Part shown: positions 37,534 to 48,758 of the stretch, in pieces
Layout of the letters: every line of letters starts with the position of its first letter
Numbering within the stretch: position 1 is the first letter of the stretch
NCBI GenBank assembly: GCA_051362555.1
Contig: JBPQGU010000016.1
Coordinates: 6,200,001-6,264,000, forward strand
Reading direction: 5' to 3'
Source: Lingula anatina
Lineage: Eukaryota > Animalia > Brachiopoda
Length of the DNA: 64,000 bases
Made by a program: the position numbers and the translations under genes
Notes under the pieces: generated by a model
Seen by the model: only the letters and a program-made list of their open reading frames with translations
Database searches by the model: none
What the model was told of the DNA's origin: nothing

Positions 37534-39376
37534 CTTTTTGGGTGTGTTTAAATGGACCTAACTTTCTTACCTCTTTTCTTGATTTCCTCAGCAAGTGACA
37601 CACTGTTTGTGTCTTTAATGTTGGCTGAAGCAAAAAAATATGGAATGGAAACCAAATGAAACAAAATCCATGTTCAAACGGAATTCGGGCACAAATACGG
37701 AATTACATTGGTGAAAACACATTCAAATACAATTCACTTAAAATAAATTTGGATCTTCTTAAGTATGCTAAAGACAAGACTTTGGATAAGCAACGTGGAG
37801 TGTGTGTGTACTGTGTGAGAGTGCATGTTAGTGCGTGTGGACGCATGTGCATTACTGAGTTTCTGGTCTCACCTATCTCCTCAATACTTTTAACAACTGT
37901 TAAAACTGTTGCATATTTCTTGTCTTTGGTATCAACTGAAAGAACAGAAGCAAATTTAAAGGAGTGCAAATCATGTTCAATCTTTACACAGTAAAAGCAT
38001 GGATTTTTCTGAAAATATATAAAGAGTGTGTGTGTGTGCAAGTGTGCACATTTGTAGATTTCATATGTGTATTTAAATAATAAATATTTTACTGAGATTC
38101 CTGTCTTACCAGTCTCTTCAGTGTTAGGAGCCTTTACTCTGTTATCATCCTTGGTATCAACTGAAACAGAATAATTAAAATAAAAAGGAATACAATTTAT
38201 ATTGAATCTAAGTTTAACACGTTACGTTACGGCAGTAGTAATGTAATTACAGGTAAGTAAGAAACAAGAGGGGATGTGTTAGTCAGTTATATTTTTTTAT
38301 TAATCTGATTGCATTCTGAAGTTTCCATGGAGTTTGTGCACATTAGCTAGGTAGACAAAATTGACCAAATTCATTGTGAATGGTCCCTGGTAATCAACAG
38401 CTTCAAGGGTCAAGACTTGCACCCTGAGAGTTAAGGTGTTTGTAGTAAAAAAACAATGATACTTTTACTTCAAGATTCCTTGCAAATAGTGAGAATGAAC
38501 AAACACACCAAGTAAATTGCTAAAATCAACTGAATTATTACCTGCAATTTGCTTATCACTGGTGTGGACTTCAGGTTCATATGTGTAGTTAGACTCTGGA
38601 ATAAGATGCATACATTTTTTGTTATTCACAAATTATGATATAGACATTGAGAATGAAATAGTCTAAATTTCATTTGATAGAATTAAAGGGCCATTTCTTT
38701 CCATATCTTACATTTTATAGAATAATTATGTTAATTCACCTTTCTTTCCATTAGTTAGATTTAACAGAATTACAAGACCTTTTATTTCCATGTCCAGTTC
38801 TCCCCATGTACAGGTCACTTCCATGCTGTCCTTGGTGGTCACCTGGAGGCACCTGTTCCTAAAGGGTTCAGGCTCCCATATCCAGCCAGACCCAGGGTGG
38901 TAAGGCTAAATAAATAAATAAATAAATAAATAAATTGAAGATAAGTTGATGTCTGAAATGAAAAAGAAAATTCAAATGAAAAGATACATATATTTAAAAT
39001 TTGACTGATCAAATACATTGTAATCTACAAGAAATGAATGAAGCTAAAAAAAAAAAAAAAAAAAAAAAAACACTTAAATTTGTTGAACTTAGATTTTATT
39101 TTTCAATAAAAAGGAAAATTATTTTCATCTCAGTTCATTTGTCATTACAAATAAATTAATATATATTATACTTACGTTTTGCGGTCTAACAAACTTCCAC
39201 TCTATATTTGCAGCCTTGGGCAGAAGAACTTCCGCCCTAAGAACAGGGACACCCAACTCGGTGCACCTAGCAAGGTTTACACCACGTTGGGTGTCCCATG
39301 TTCCAAGGGCAGTTCCTCTGCCCACTGCTTTGGCTTTTAAGATATTGTCCTTTAGGACTATTCGAACAGTGGCCAT
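36928..39376 (-). CDS. Spliced gene: N-terminal CBM20-like starch/glycogen-binding domain, micro-exon repeat stalk and basic amphipathic Cys tail (copy 2, intact, ~239 aa)
   Basis: Eight coding exons, all AG/GT and phase-compatible: 39376-39176, 38905-38740, 38595-38542, 38160-38110, 37935-37873, 37624-37571, 37365-37318, 37010-36928 (720 nt including TAA). CBM20 motifs LGTWD, IEWKF, WEPEPFRNR, terminal TW; AATAAA ~35 nt after the stop. Confidence 0.8.
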
Positions 39377-39474
39377 GGCTGTTCAAAATGAAACAGAAAA
39401 TAGAAAGAAATCTTGTCAATATATCTTTTTTGATGTTGTAATTGCAGACATTCAAATCACTCACTAAATATAAA

Positions 39475-41288
39475 CAAGGCAGCAAAGCTGTCAAATGTAC
39501 AGACAAAAAGCAGGAAATAACTATGCACAAAATAGGCTACTGTAAATTCTGATGCAAAAGTACATTATGTTAAACTGCAAATTCAACATCAAATTTTAAT
39601 TATGCTCAACAGGTAATACCAATGTAAGTAATTTGTGTAACAAGCATAAGGCTTCAGGCCCATGGGAGTTCAAGTTCACACTTTGAAAATGTATAACTTC
39701 AAGAAAAAGAAGCCAATTAGACTGTTTTTCCAACTCAGGCTGCATTTTAGTCCTGTATTTCTTTTTTGAAAGTTTGGCAATCATAAGTAACATGGTTTTC
39801 CCATAATGGTCATCATGGCAGCAGCACCCAAAATTGTGTTTTCTTCTATTCTGATGCAATATTACATAATGGTTAACAGCATAATGACTGTCAATTTTTA
39901 ATGATAAAATATACGTATCATGGATTTTCAGAAAATGTGACTAGCATGGGTCTTGAAGCCCGTGGAACTTAAAAGTCACACCTTGAAAATGCCAATATGT
40001 GAAAAATTAGTTTCACAAAAAAACTGTTTAACTGGCAGTAAAAATTACCAAACAGACTGCATTGCCTACTGAAGCTGTATTTTAGTCCCAAGTTTCTTTC
40101 CTGTAAGTTTGAGAACAGTAAATGACATGGTTTTTCTTAAATGGTCATCATGGGAGCAGTGCCCAAAATAGTTTTTTTTCAAATTTTGATGCAATATTAC
40201 ATAATGTTTAACAGCATAATGACCATCAATTTTTAAAAATAAAATATTAGTATCATGGATATTCAGAAAATGTGACTAGCAAAGGTCTTCAGGCCCATGG
40301 AACTTCAAAGTCACAACTTGAAAATGCCAAAATGTAAACAAAACAGCACTGTTCTGAAATGTTTTTTTTTTTTTTTTTCATTTTTAACAATTTTTAACAT
40401 AAAACAAAATTAACAGTTTACTGCCATTTTTATGTGATCAACTAAGAAAATTGATGAGATGGGAAAAATATCAATAGAGCAGTGTTAAATGTCCAATTTC
40501 TTCCATTCTGAGATTCTGAACATAGTGAATGATTGAATCTGACAAACTGCAATGATATGAGTTTATTTCCATTTTTGAAACTTTATTATACAATACACGA
40601 TAACAAGTTTACCATCATTTTTACAAAATCAACTAACAATTTTGTAAAGATGCAGGAAATGTCAAACAAACACTTTTACGTATCTTATTAATTAAATAAT
40701 GAAACTGTTAACATGCCTAAGAATTGAATCTGAGGAAATGTGAAAAAACAGCATAACTTCTAAAATAATGGCCCGATTATGCTAATTTTTGAACTCAACT
40801 TGCGTTTCAGCAGGATTGACCACTCCTGTGAGTTTAATGACAATTGGCCCATCTGTTTTTCTTATATTGTGTTTACAGTGTTGCATATATGCTGAAAAGT
40901 GAAAAGAAAAGCATAACTACTAAAATAGTGGCCCGATCATGCCGATTTTCGAACTTGACCTGCGTTTTAGTAAGATCGATTACTCCTGTGAGTTTCATGA
41001 CAACAGGCCTATCGGTTTTCCTTGAAATGTGTTTACAGTGTTGCATATATGCTGAAAAGTGAAAAAACAGCATAACTTCTACAAAAATGGCCCGATCATG
41101 CTGATTTTCGAACTTGACCTGCGTTTTTTGAATATTCATCAGCTCTGTAAATATAAAGCCAAAAAGTAAAACTGCCTTCCACTTATCGTGTTTACAAGGA
41201 AAGTGCACGGCGCCGGCGACGACAGGGACGACGGCGACGACAGACGCATGTGATGGCAATATGTACAGACACATCTGTGTCTGTACAT
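39475..41288 (-). mobile_element. Helentron/HINE-type element D (family of A/B) upstream of the first coding exon (probable first intron) of the CBM20 gene, copy 2
   Basis: Same termini as B. The empty site is visible in copy 1 at ~2180 (actaaatat-aaaaaa-gggat); the filled site has aaa[element]aaaaa, with no TSD beyond the homopolymer. Confidence 0.93.
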
Positions 41289-41414
41289 AAAAAGGGATAT
41301 ATTGCATTCTTAATATGAATAAGTAAGTCAATTTCTTTTTCATTTATATAAGAACATTGAAAAGTACGCAAAAGCAGTTTAGGACAATGTATTGATTTGG
41401 TAGAACATGTATTA

Positions 41415-41664
41415 GACTTGGTCCCCATACCTAGATCTATCTTATATAGGATCAATCCATCTCCAAGAGGTTTCTCCCTAAATTGCAATCAACTTAAGCA
41501 GCTTAGATGTGTGTCAGAAGCTGCTAGGGGGTTATTAATGATCATTTAGCACCTTCAGTAAGAGTGGCAGACATCTAAGACGCTTAAGATGAAAGCAGTT
41601 TTGGGAGAAACCCCTTGGAGATGGATCGGCCCTGTCAGATCGATCTAGGTATGGGAACTCAGTC
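41415..41664. mobile_element. Foldback MITE, duplicate of 2307..2556
   Basis: Same TIRs; part of the duplication. Confidence 0.8.
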
Positions 41665-42021
41665 TATGACTCATACAGTGTACAGCCTGATAATATATAT
41701 ATGAATAACTTCTCGTGCATGCACGCACACACACACACACACAAACACACAACTTACGAGCACGCTGCTCTTCTTTGTTATTTTTAATTTCCATATTAAC
41801 TGACATCTGCAATAAATAAATCAAATCATACTTTAACATGTTCCAATAACAGATTTCAGTTGCATCTTTCTTTTGTAGTGATACACTCCATTATATTGGG
41901 ATTATCAGCAAAAAATTGATGTTGTGTAACAGGAAATTCTCCAAAATTTCATTTAGAATAAATTTATCATATAAAAAAACTTGGATACAAACTTTCATGG
42001 TCAATTTTGAACAAAAATTTA

Positions 42022-42180
42022 ACTTACCAGCTACTGTGCAAAATTATATCTTTGCTTTGTTTACTAAAACAATAAACAGGAATAATTACTGTATAAAGAA
42101 ATTTGATTGGACAGCTCCTGTATTGTCCCTTAACTTTAAACCAATAGGAATGGCGCTATTTTGACGGTCTCGACGTGACT
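42022..42180 (-). promoter_or_regulatory. Candidate promoter and non-coding first exon of the CBM20 gene, copy 2
   Basis: CTG|GTAAGT donor (exon end 42028), two CCAAT boxes, GACGTGAC. Confidence 0.4.
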
Positions 42181-43209
42181 CTCTCTGCTTTACAAATTAC
42201 AATATATCACACACAACTAGAGCCTGGTTATCCTGTGTAAGATGCTTATGCCCCCATCCTTGCACGGTTTTTTTAGGAAGCAGGCGATTAACCTCTGACT
42301 GATATCGGTTGGGGTCTATGGTGCAAACCACAAGTCTCACCTCTTGCACAGCGCCATCTATACTCAATGTTAACATGGCGTCAGCGAATGGTGATGATGA
42401 AAAACCGAAAATTTCATCCAACTTCTGTACACTGGGTGTCATCTTCAGTCAGGGCATTCTTAAATGGTAATTCTGCCATGATTGCAAAACGTCATCAGGA
42501 TAAAACATTTGAAATGAAGGATACGTATGTGATATCGACTGTGTCAGTTGTTCACTGTTCACATCACGATGCAATGTGCTTGTCACAATGTGACGATAGC
42601 ATGATATATAGACTTGGCTGCAGATAATAAGTGCTTTTGGAAAACAGACGAGATTGAATGCCGTCATCCACTTTAACTTTTTCATCTGTAATGATGCAAC
42701 ATTTTGCGATGGCAGGTGAGATGATTATAAATCAGAGCACAACTGACGTTGTGTCTTCTTTTATAAATACAATTTCCTATTGTTCTTCTTGAGTCATCTG
42801 AAGAGTTCCAACGCAAAATGATCGCCGACGGGGTTCCTGTAAATACCCGGAACATAATCATCAACGACCTATATGCTCTTTTGCGCTCCCAGACTGAAGA
42901 CAACTATTCTATCATACTACAATGTTGCGAACAAAAATGGCCCCAAGTATTATGAAATATTTTGTCGATGATATCAGAATAAGAACCAATCAGTAAGAAG
43001 AGTTTAAGTGGCTGCTTCGTGACATACAAGGGTGGAAAGAAGCCCCCACCGATTGTGCAGAACAGAACACTCTACTCGGGACACCGAATACTCTGACAGC
43101 AGCTACGGAACGGAACATACAGACAATGGCCACGGAATGGAACACTTTACTCACTTTAATGGATGGGACATCAGGGACATCAGCTACAGCGGAGAAGTGT
43201 CAATCCCGG

Positions 43210-43970
43210 CTGATAGGAATATAATTAATGAAAATTTGAACATCAGAGACCGCGATATAATCACTGACCCTCGTGGCTGGCTGAATGGAACGATAATCAA
43301 CGCTTGTTATGATATAACATTAAACACCAATTCCCGCTTCCAGAAGGACTCTAGTCATGTTCACTGGCAGAATGTATACAGTTAGATTTCAAGCGTTACA
43401 AAAATAGATTTATCCAAATAATAAACCGAACACCAGACCACGGAACACATTGGCTCACAGTTTCAAACATAGGGGTGTGTCCCATATACGCTGAATATAT
43501 ACGATTCTTCTTTCAGTGACATTCCAACCATGGAACAAATGTGCATTGCGACAATGATAGCACCATGGCATCGTCAAGAACTCTACAAATTAACGTTTTG
43601 CGGTAACCCAACAAAATAACAACTAGTAAACTACAATTGTGGTTTGTACGTCATAGCGAATATGGTTACATTGGCGAACGGCAAAGATCCAACAACCATG
43701 AAGTATGACCACAAAAAACTTAGTTCATATTTATTTTTTTGTTAAAAAAGACGTCATCTATTGCTTTTTCCTATTACAAACAGGCGTAAAATTAAAAATC
43801 GTGTGAAAAAAACTCAGTCGCGGTCAATTTCTACTGTGAATGCCAGCTGCCAGATACACACACCCTGTATGTCATTTATGACGGTTGCAATAAAGAATAC
43901 CATCCTCTATGTAAAGGCGCAACAGACACTGCCTGAAAACAAGATGACATGTATTATACAAAGTGCACAA
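43210..43970 (+). pseudogene. Decayed Ulp1/C48-like protease plus PHD finger, copy 2
   Basis: GWLNGTIINA...FIQIINRTPDHGTHWLTVSNIG...IYDSSF...NCGLYVIA...YCECQLPD...GCNKEYHPLC across frameshifts. Confidence 0.72.
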
Positions 43971-44437
43971 AAAGCAGACAACAATAATAATAGTAATAAC
44001 TCAATATATTTATATTTGTCTTGTTTTTCTTTTAGCATCACATAAATAATATTCCCTTGTTCCACAATGTATTTGATACACGTTCCACTTTTTACTGTAT
44101 TCCGCATTTTAGTCTGTTCTGCTGTTCTGTTGTTCTGGTTTTCTGTCTTTTAGTTTCTGCCATCACTAACATGTATTAGCACATCCCGAGTTTCAGTGAC
44201 GACAGGAAATCCACCTGTCTTCTGTATTACCAGCACTAGTATAGTAGTGTATGCCTTGGCTGTAACCAACAACAACACTTTATTTTGTAAGATAATTTTT
44301 TTTACACATTCATTCACGTTTTTTTTTTGTTGAACGAAAGTAATAAATTGTCAATACTCTCAGACTCTTGAACTTTTTGTGGAAAATTCCTGACCACTGA
44401 GTTTGTTATCTCTTCCAGTCCATCATCTGACTTAAGT

Positions 44438-45055
44438 CTACTACACTGTACTAAGAGACATAAGACTGTACTGCCACAATGTAATACAATGACTCCAGAC
44501 TACTACACTATACTAGGAGACACAGGACTATACTGACACAATGGAATACAATGACTCCAGACTACACTGTACTAGGAGACAGGACTATACTGACACAATG
44601 GAACACAATGACTCCAGACTACTACACTATACTAGGAGACACAGGACTATACTGACACAATGGAATACAATGACTCCAGACTACTACACTGTACTAGGAG
44701 ACACAGAACTATACTGCCACAATGGAACACAATGACTCCAGACTACTACACTGTACTAGGAGACACAGAACTATACTGCCACAATGGAATACAATGACTC
44801 CAGACTACTACACTGTACTAGGAGGCACAGGACTATACTGACACAATGGAATACAATGACTCCAGACTACTTCACTGTACTAGGAGGCACAGGACTAAAT
44901 TGCCACAATGGAGCACAATGAGTCATGACTACTTCACTGTACTAGGAGGCACAGGACTACGTATACTGCCACAATGGAACACAATGACTCATGAATACTA
45001 CACTGTACTAGGAGGCACAGAACTATACTGATACAATGGAACACATTGACTCCAG
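44438..45055. repeat. ~62-bp minisatellite (~10 units)
   Basis: Same unit as 5318..5680, more copies. Confidence 0.95.
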
Positions 45056-48000
45056 ATTAATTTTCAAAATGGTCAAGTAACAACATAATATTCATTTATT
45101 AAATGCTCTTCCGTAGATCATATTGTATTGTGGATCTTTTAATATTTCAGTGATTTTTTTAATCAGTAGTGCTGTAGTATAAAGCTTAATTTGTACAAAT
45201 TTCTGAAGCATTAGACCAGATTTGACAAAATTATTAATGTATAACTATTTTAAGTCATGCAATTTGCCAGTCTTTTCAATGTAATTTTCAATTTTCTCAG
45301 TTATATTGTTCTTTTTCAGAGTAGCCTTACCATGAAAAAGCAGGCAGTGAAAGACAGCACCAAGAGCAGCACTGTCTTATCCATGTGTACAATACACATT
45401 GTCAAATGTTGTGCTAACAACAGCCTATACCAGAAACCCATTGTGGGGAGTAATCTTCATCTGACATTGATAGTAAGGAGGAGTCTTGTGTGGGTATATA
45501 TTGTTTATTGTTTTCCAGATGACAGCTATAGGTAACTTGCAACCTCCTACACAAACAAAGTCAAATAATCACATTTAGTGTTTTTTTTTTTTTTTTTTTT
45601 TTTTTTTGAGTAAATAATACATTGCAATATTGAAATATTTGTCAATTCTCACACTTCTGATTATCAATTTCCAATATACTTGGCACTTAAAAAATCACAG
45701 TCAACTGATTAGCTTATCACAGACTTTTATTGTTGTTAAGCATCATTTGTACAGATTTTAGAAACATTGTATGAGATTTGACAAAATTATTAACGTTTAA
45801 CTATTTTAAGTCATGAAATTTGCCAGTGTTTTCAATTTAATTTTCATTTTTCTCAAATATATTGTCCATAGAAAATACTTTTCATTAGACACACAGTCAA
45901 CTGATCAGATTATCACCGATTTTTATTGTTGTTAAGCATCATTTGTGCAAATTTCAGAAAAATTGGACAAGATCTGTCAAAATTATTAACATTTAACTAT
46001 TTTAAGTCATGGAATTTGCCAGTGTTTTCAATTTAATTTTCATTTTTCTCAAATATATTGTCCATAGAAAATACTTTTCATTAGACACACAGTCAACTGA
46101 TCAGCTTATCACCGATTTTTATTGTTGTTAAGCATCATTTGTGCAAATTTCAGAAACATAGGACAAGATTTGTCAAAATTATTAACATTTAACTATTTTA
46201 AGTCATGGAATTTGCCAGTGTTTTCAGTTTAATTTTCATTTTTCTCAAATATATCGTCCATAGAAAATACTTTTCATTAGACACACAGTCAACTGATCAG
46301 ATTATCACAGATTTTTATTGATCTTAAGCATCATTTGTTAAAATATCAGAAATATTGGACAAGATTTGGCAAAATTATTAACGTTTAACTATTTTAAGTC
46401 ATGAGGTTTGCCAGTTTTTTCAGTGTAATTTTCAGTTTTCTGAAGTTTATTGTTCTTTCTTTCCAGAGTACCCTTACCATGAAAAAGCAGGCAGTGAAAG
46501 ACAGCAGCAAGAGCAGAACTAGGTCTTATTCATGTGTGCAATACATGACATGTGGCAAGATTTAGGATATTGTCAAATATTGTGCTAACAACAATCCATT
46601 CCAGAAACTCATTGTCAGGAGTAATCTGCATCTGACATTAATAGTAAGGAGGAGTCTTGTATGGATATATATTGTTTTCCAGATGACAGCTATAGGTAAC
46701 TTGCAACCTCCTACACAAACAAACTCAAATCATCACATTTGCTGTTTTCTTTGATAGCAAATAATACATTGCAATATTGAAATATTTGTTTTGGTCAATT
46801 CTCACATTTCTGATTATCAATTTCCAATAAACTTGGCTCTTAAAAAAAAAACACAGTCAACTGATTAGCTTATCATAGATTTTTATTGTTGTTTAGCATC
46901 TTTTGTGCAAATTTCAGAAGCATTGGACAAGATTTGACAAAATTATTAACATTTAACTATTTTGAGCCATGGAATTTGCCAGTGTTTTTGTGGTAGTTTT
47001 CTGTTTTCCGAAATATATTGCCCCAAAGAATACTTTTCATTGGATACTGACAACTGATCAGCTTTTCACAGACTTTTATTGTTGTTAAGCATTATTTGTG
47101 CAAATTTCAGAACTATTGGACAAGATTTGTCAAAATTATTAACATTTAACTATTTTAAGTCATGGAATTTGCCAGTGTTTTCAGTTTAATTTTAATTTTT
47201 CTCAAATATATCGTCCATAGAAAATACTTTTTATTAGACACACAGTCAACTGATCAGATTATCACAGATTTTTATTGATCTTAAGCATCATTTGTTAAAA
47301 TATCAGAAATATTGGACAAGATTTGGCAAAATTATTAACGTTTAACTATTTTTAGTCATGAGGTTTGCCAGTTTTTTCAGTGTAATTTTCAGTTTTCTGA
47401 AGTTTATTGTTCTTTCTTTCCAGAGTACCCTTACCATGAAAAAGCAGGCAGTGAAAGACAGCAGCAAGAGCAGAACTAGGTCTTATTCATGTGTGCAATA
47501 CATGACATGTGGCAAGATTTAGGATAAATATGTCAAATATTGTGCTAACAACAATCCATTCCAGAAACTCATTGTGAGGAGTAATCTGCATCTGACATTA
47601 ATAGTAAGGAGGAGTCTTGTATGGATATATATTGTTTTCCAGATGACAGCTATAGGTAACTTGCAACCTCCTACACAAACAAACTCAAATCATCACATTT
47701 GCTGTTTTCTTTGATAGCAAATAATACATTGCAATATTGAAATATTTGTTTTGGTCAATTCTCACACTTCTGATTATCAATTTCCAATAAACTTGGCACT
47801 TAAAAAAAAACACAGTCAACTGATTAGCTTATCATAGATTTTTATTGTTGTTTAGCATCTTTTGTGCAAATTTCAGAAGTATTGGGCAAGATTTGACAAA
47901 ATTATTAACATTTAACTATTTTGAGCCATGGAATTTGCCAGTGTTTTTGTGGTAGTTTTCTGTTTTCCAAAATATATTGCCCCAAAGAATACTTTTCATT

Positions 48001-48072
48001 TGACACTGACAACTGATCAGCTTTCCACAGACTTTTATTGTTGTTAAGCATCATTTGTACAGATTTTATAAA

Positions 48073-48659
48073 TGTAAAGGACATAACCTGTCACCCCTAC
48101 CATATAGTATAGTCCACACACACCCTATTAATAATAGGCACTGCCACTTACCACTTAGCATGAGTAGTTGATTAGACAGACAGCTTAGGTGCAAGCAGTT
48201 GAGTTTATGCAGACATCCAAGAAGATAGAAATTTGTCATACAAAAAGAGGACAAAAAAATTGTAAGTTTCATGTACTTTGCTTTTAACAACTGTCATTGT
48301 TACTATCAAATTCATTATGAGTGAAAATTTAGTTTTAGGGAAATATATTGTGGTATTTAAAAGTCTCAGTAAAATTTGGGTGTGGACTCGTGGATAATTC
48401 AAAAGAAATGTCATTTTTCTTTATTATTTAATGTATTCACTTTATTAATATTTATTTATCTGTTTGTTTCTTTATTTCTATATATAATGTGCTCTAGGTT
48501 TTTTGTCAGTTATTTAAGCATTTTTTCTTTTATTTTATTTACAGATTTGAACCATACACACATGAGTATCGTCACACAAGTTTGTGTAAAGAGACAATAA
48601 ACTAACCGTATGAGTACAAATACAGTCTTCTCTTTTGTATTGAAGTGTCACCCGTCACA
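48073..48659 (+). repeat. 5' LTR (587 bp)
   Basis: TGTAAAGG...CGTCACA; no difference from the 3' LTR seen by eye; AATAAA at 48596. Confidence 0.97.
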
Positions 48660-48758
48660 TTTCAAGTTCAAATAATTTTTTACTGCGTCACCTGACTGTG
48701 TATTCAAGTCAAACCAGCAAAGAAGTCAGTCTACGTCACACCTTTACGTCACACCAGT

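Larger units (their letters stand above)
37061..46410 (+). repeat. Segmental duplication, copy 2 (paralog of 1..6885)
   Basis: Colinear near-identity to the window start, plus element D, 209 extra bp at 38591-38799 and a longer minisatellite. Confidence 0.97.
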
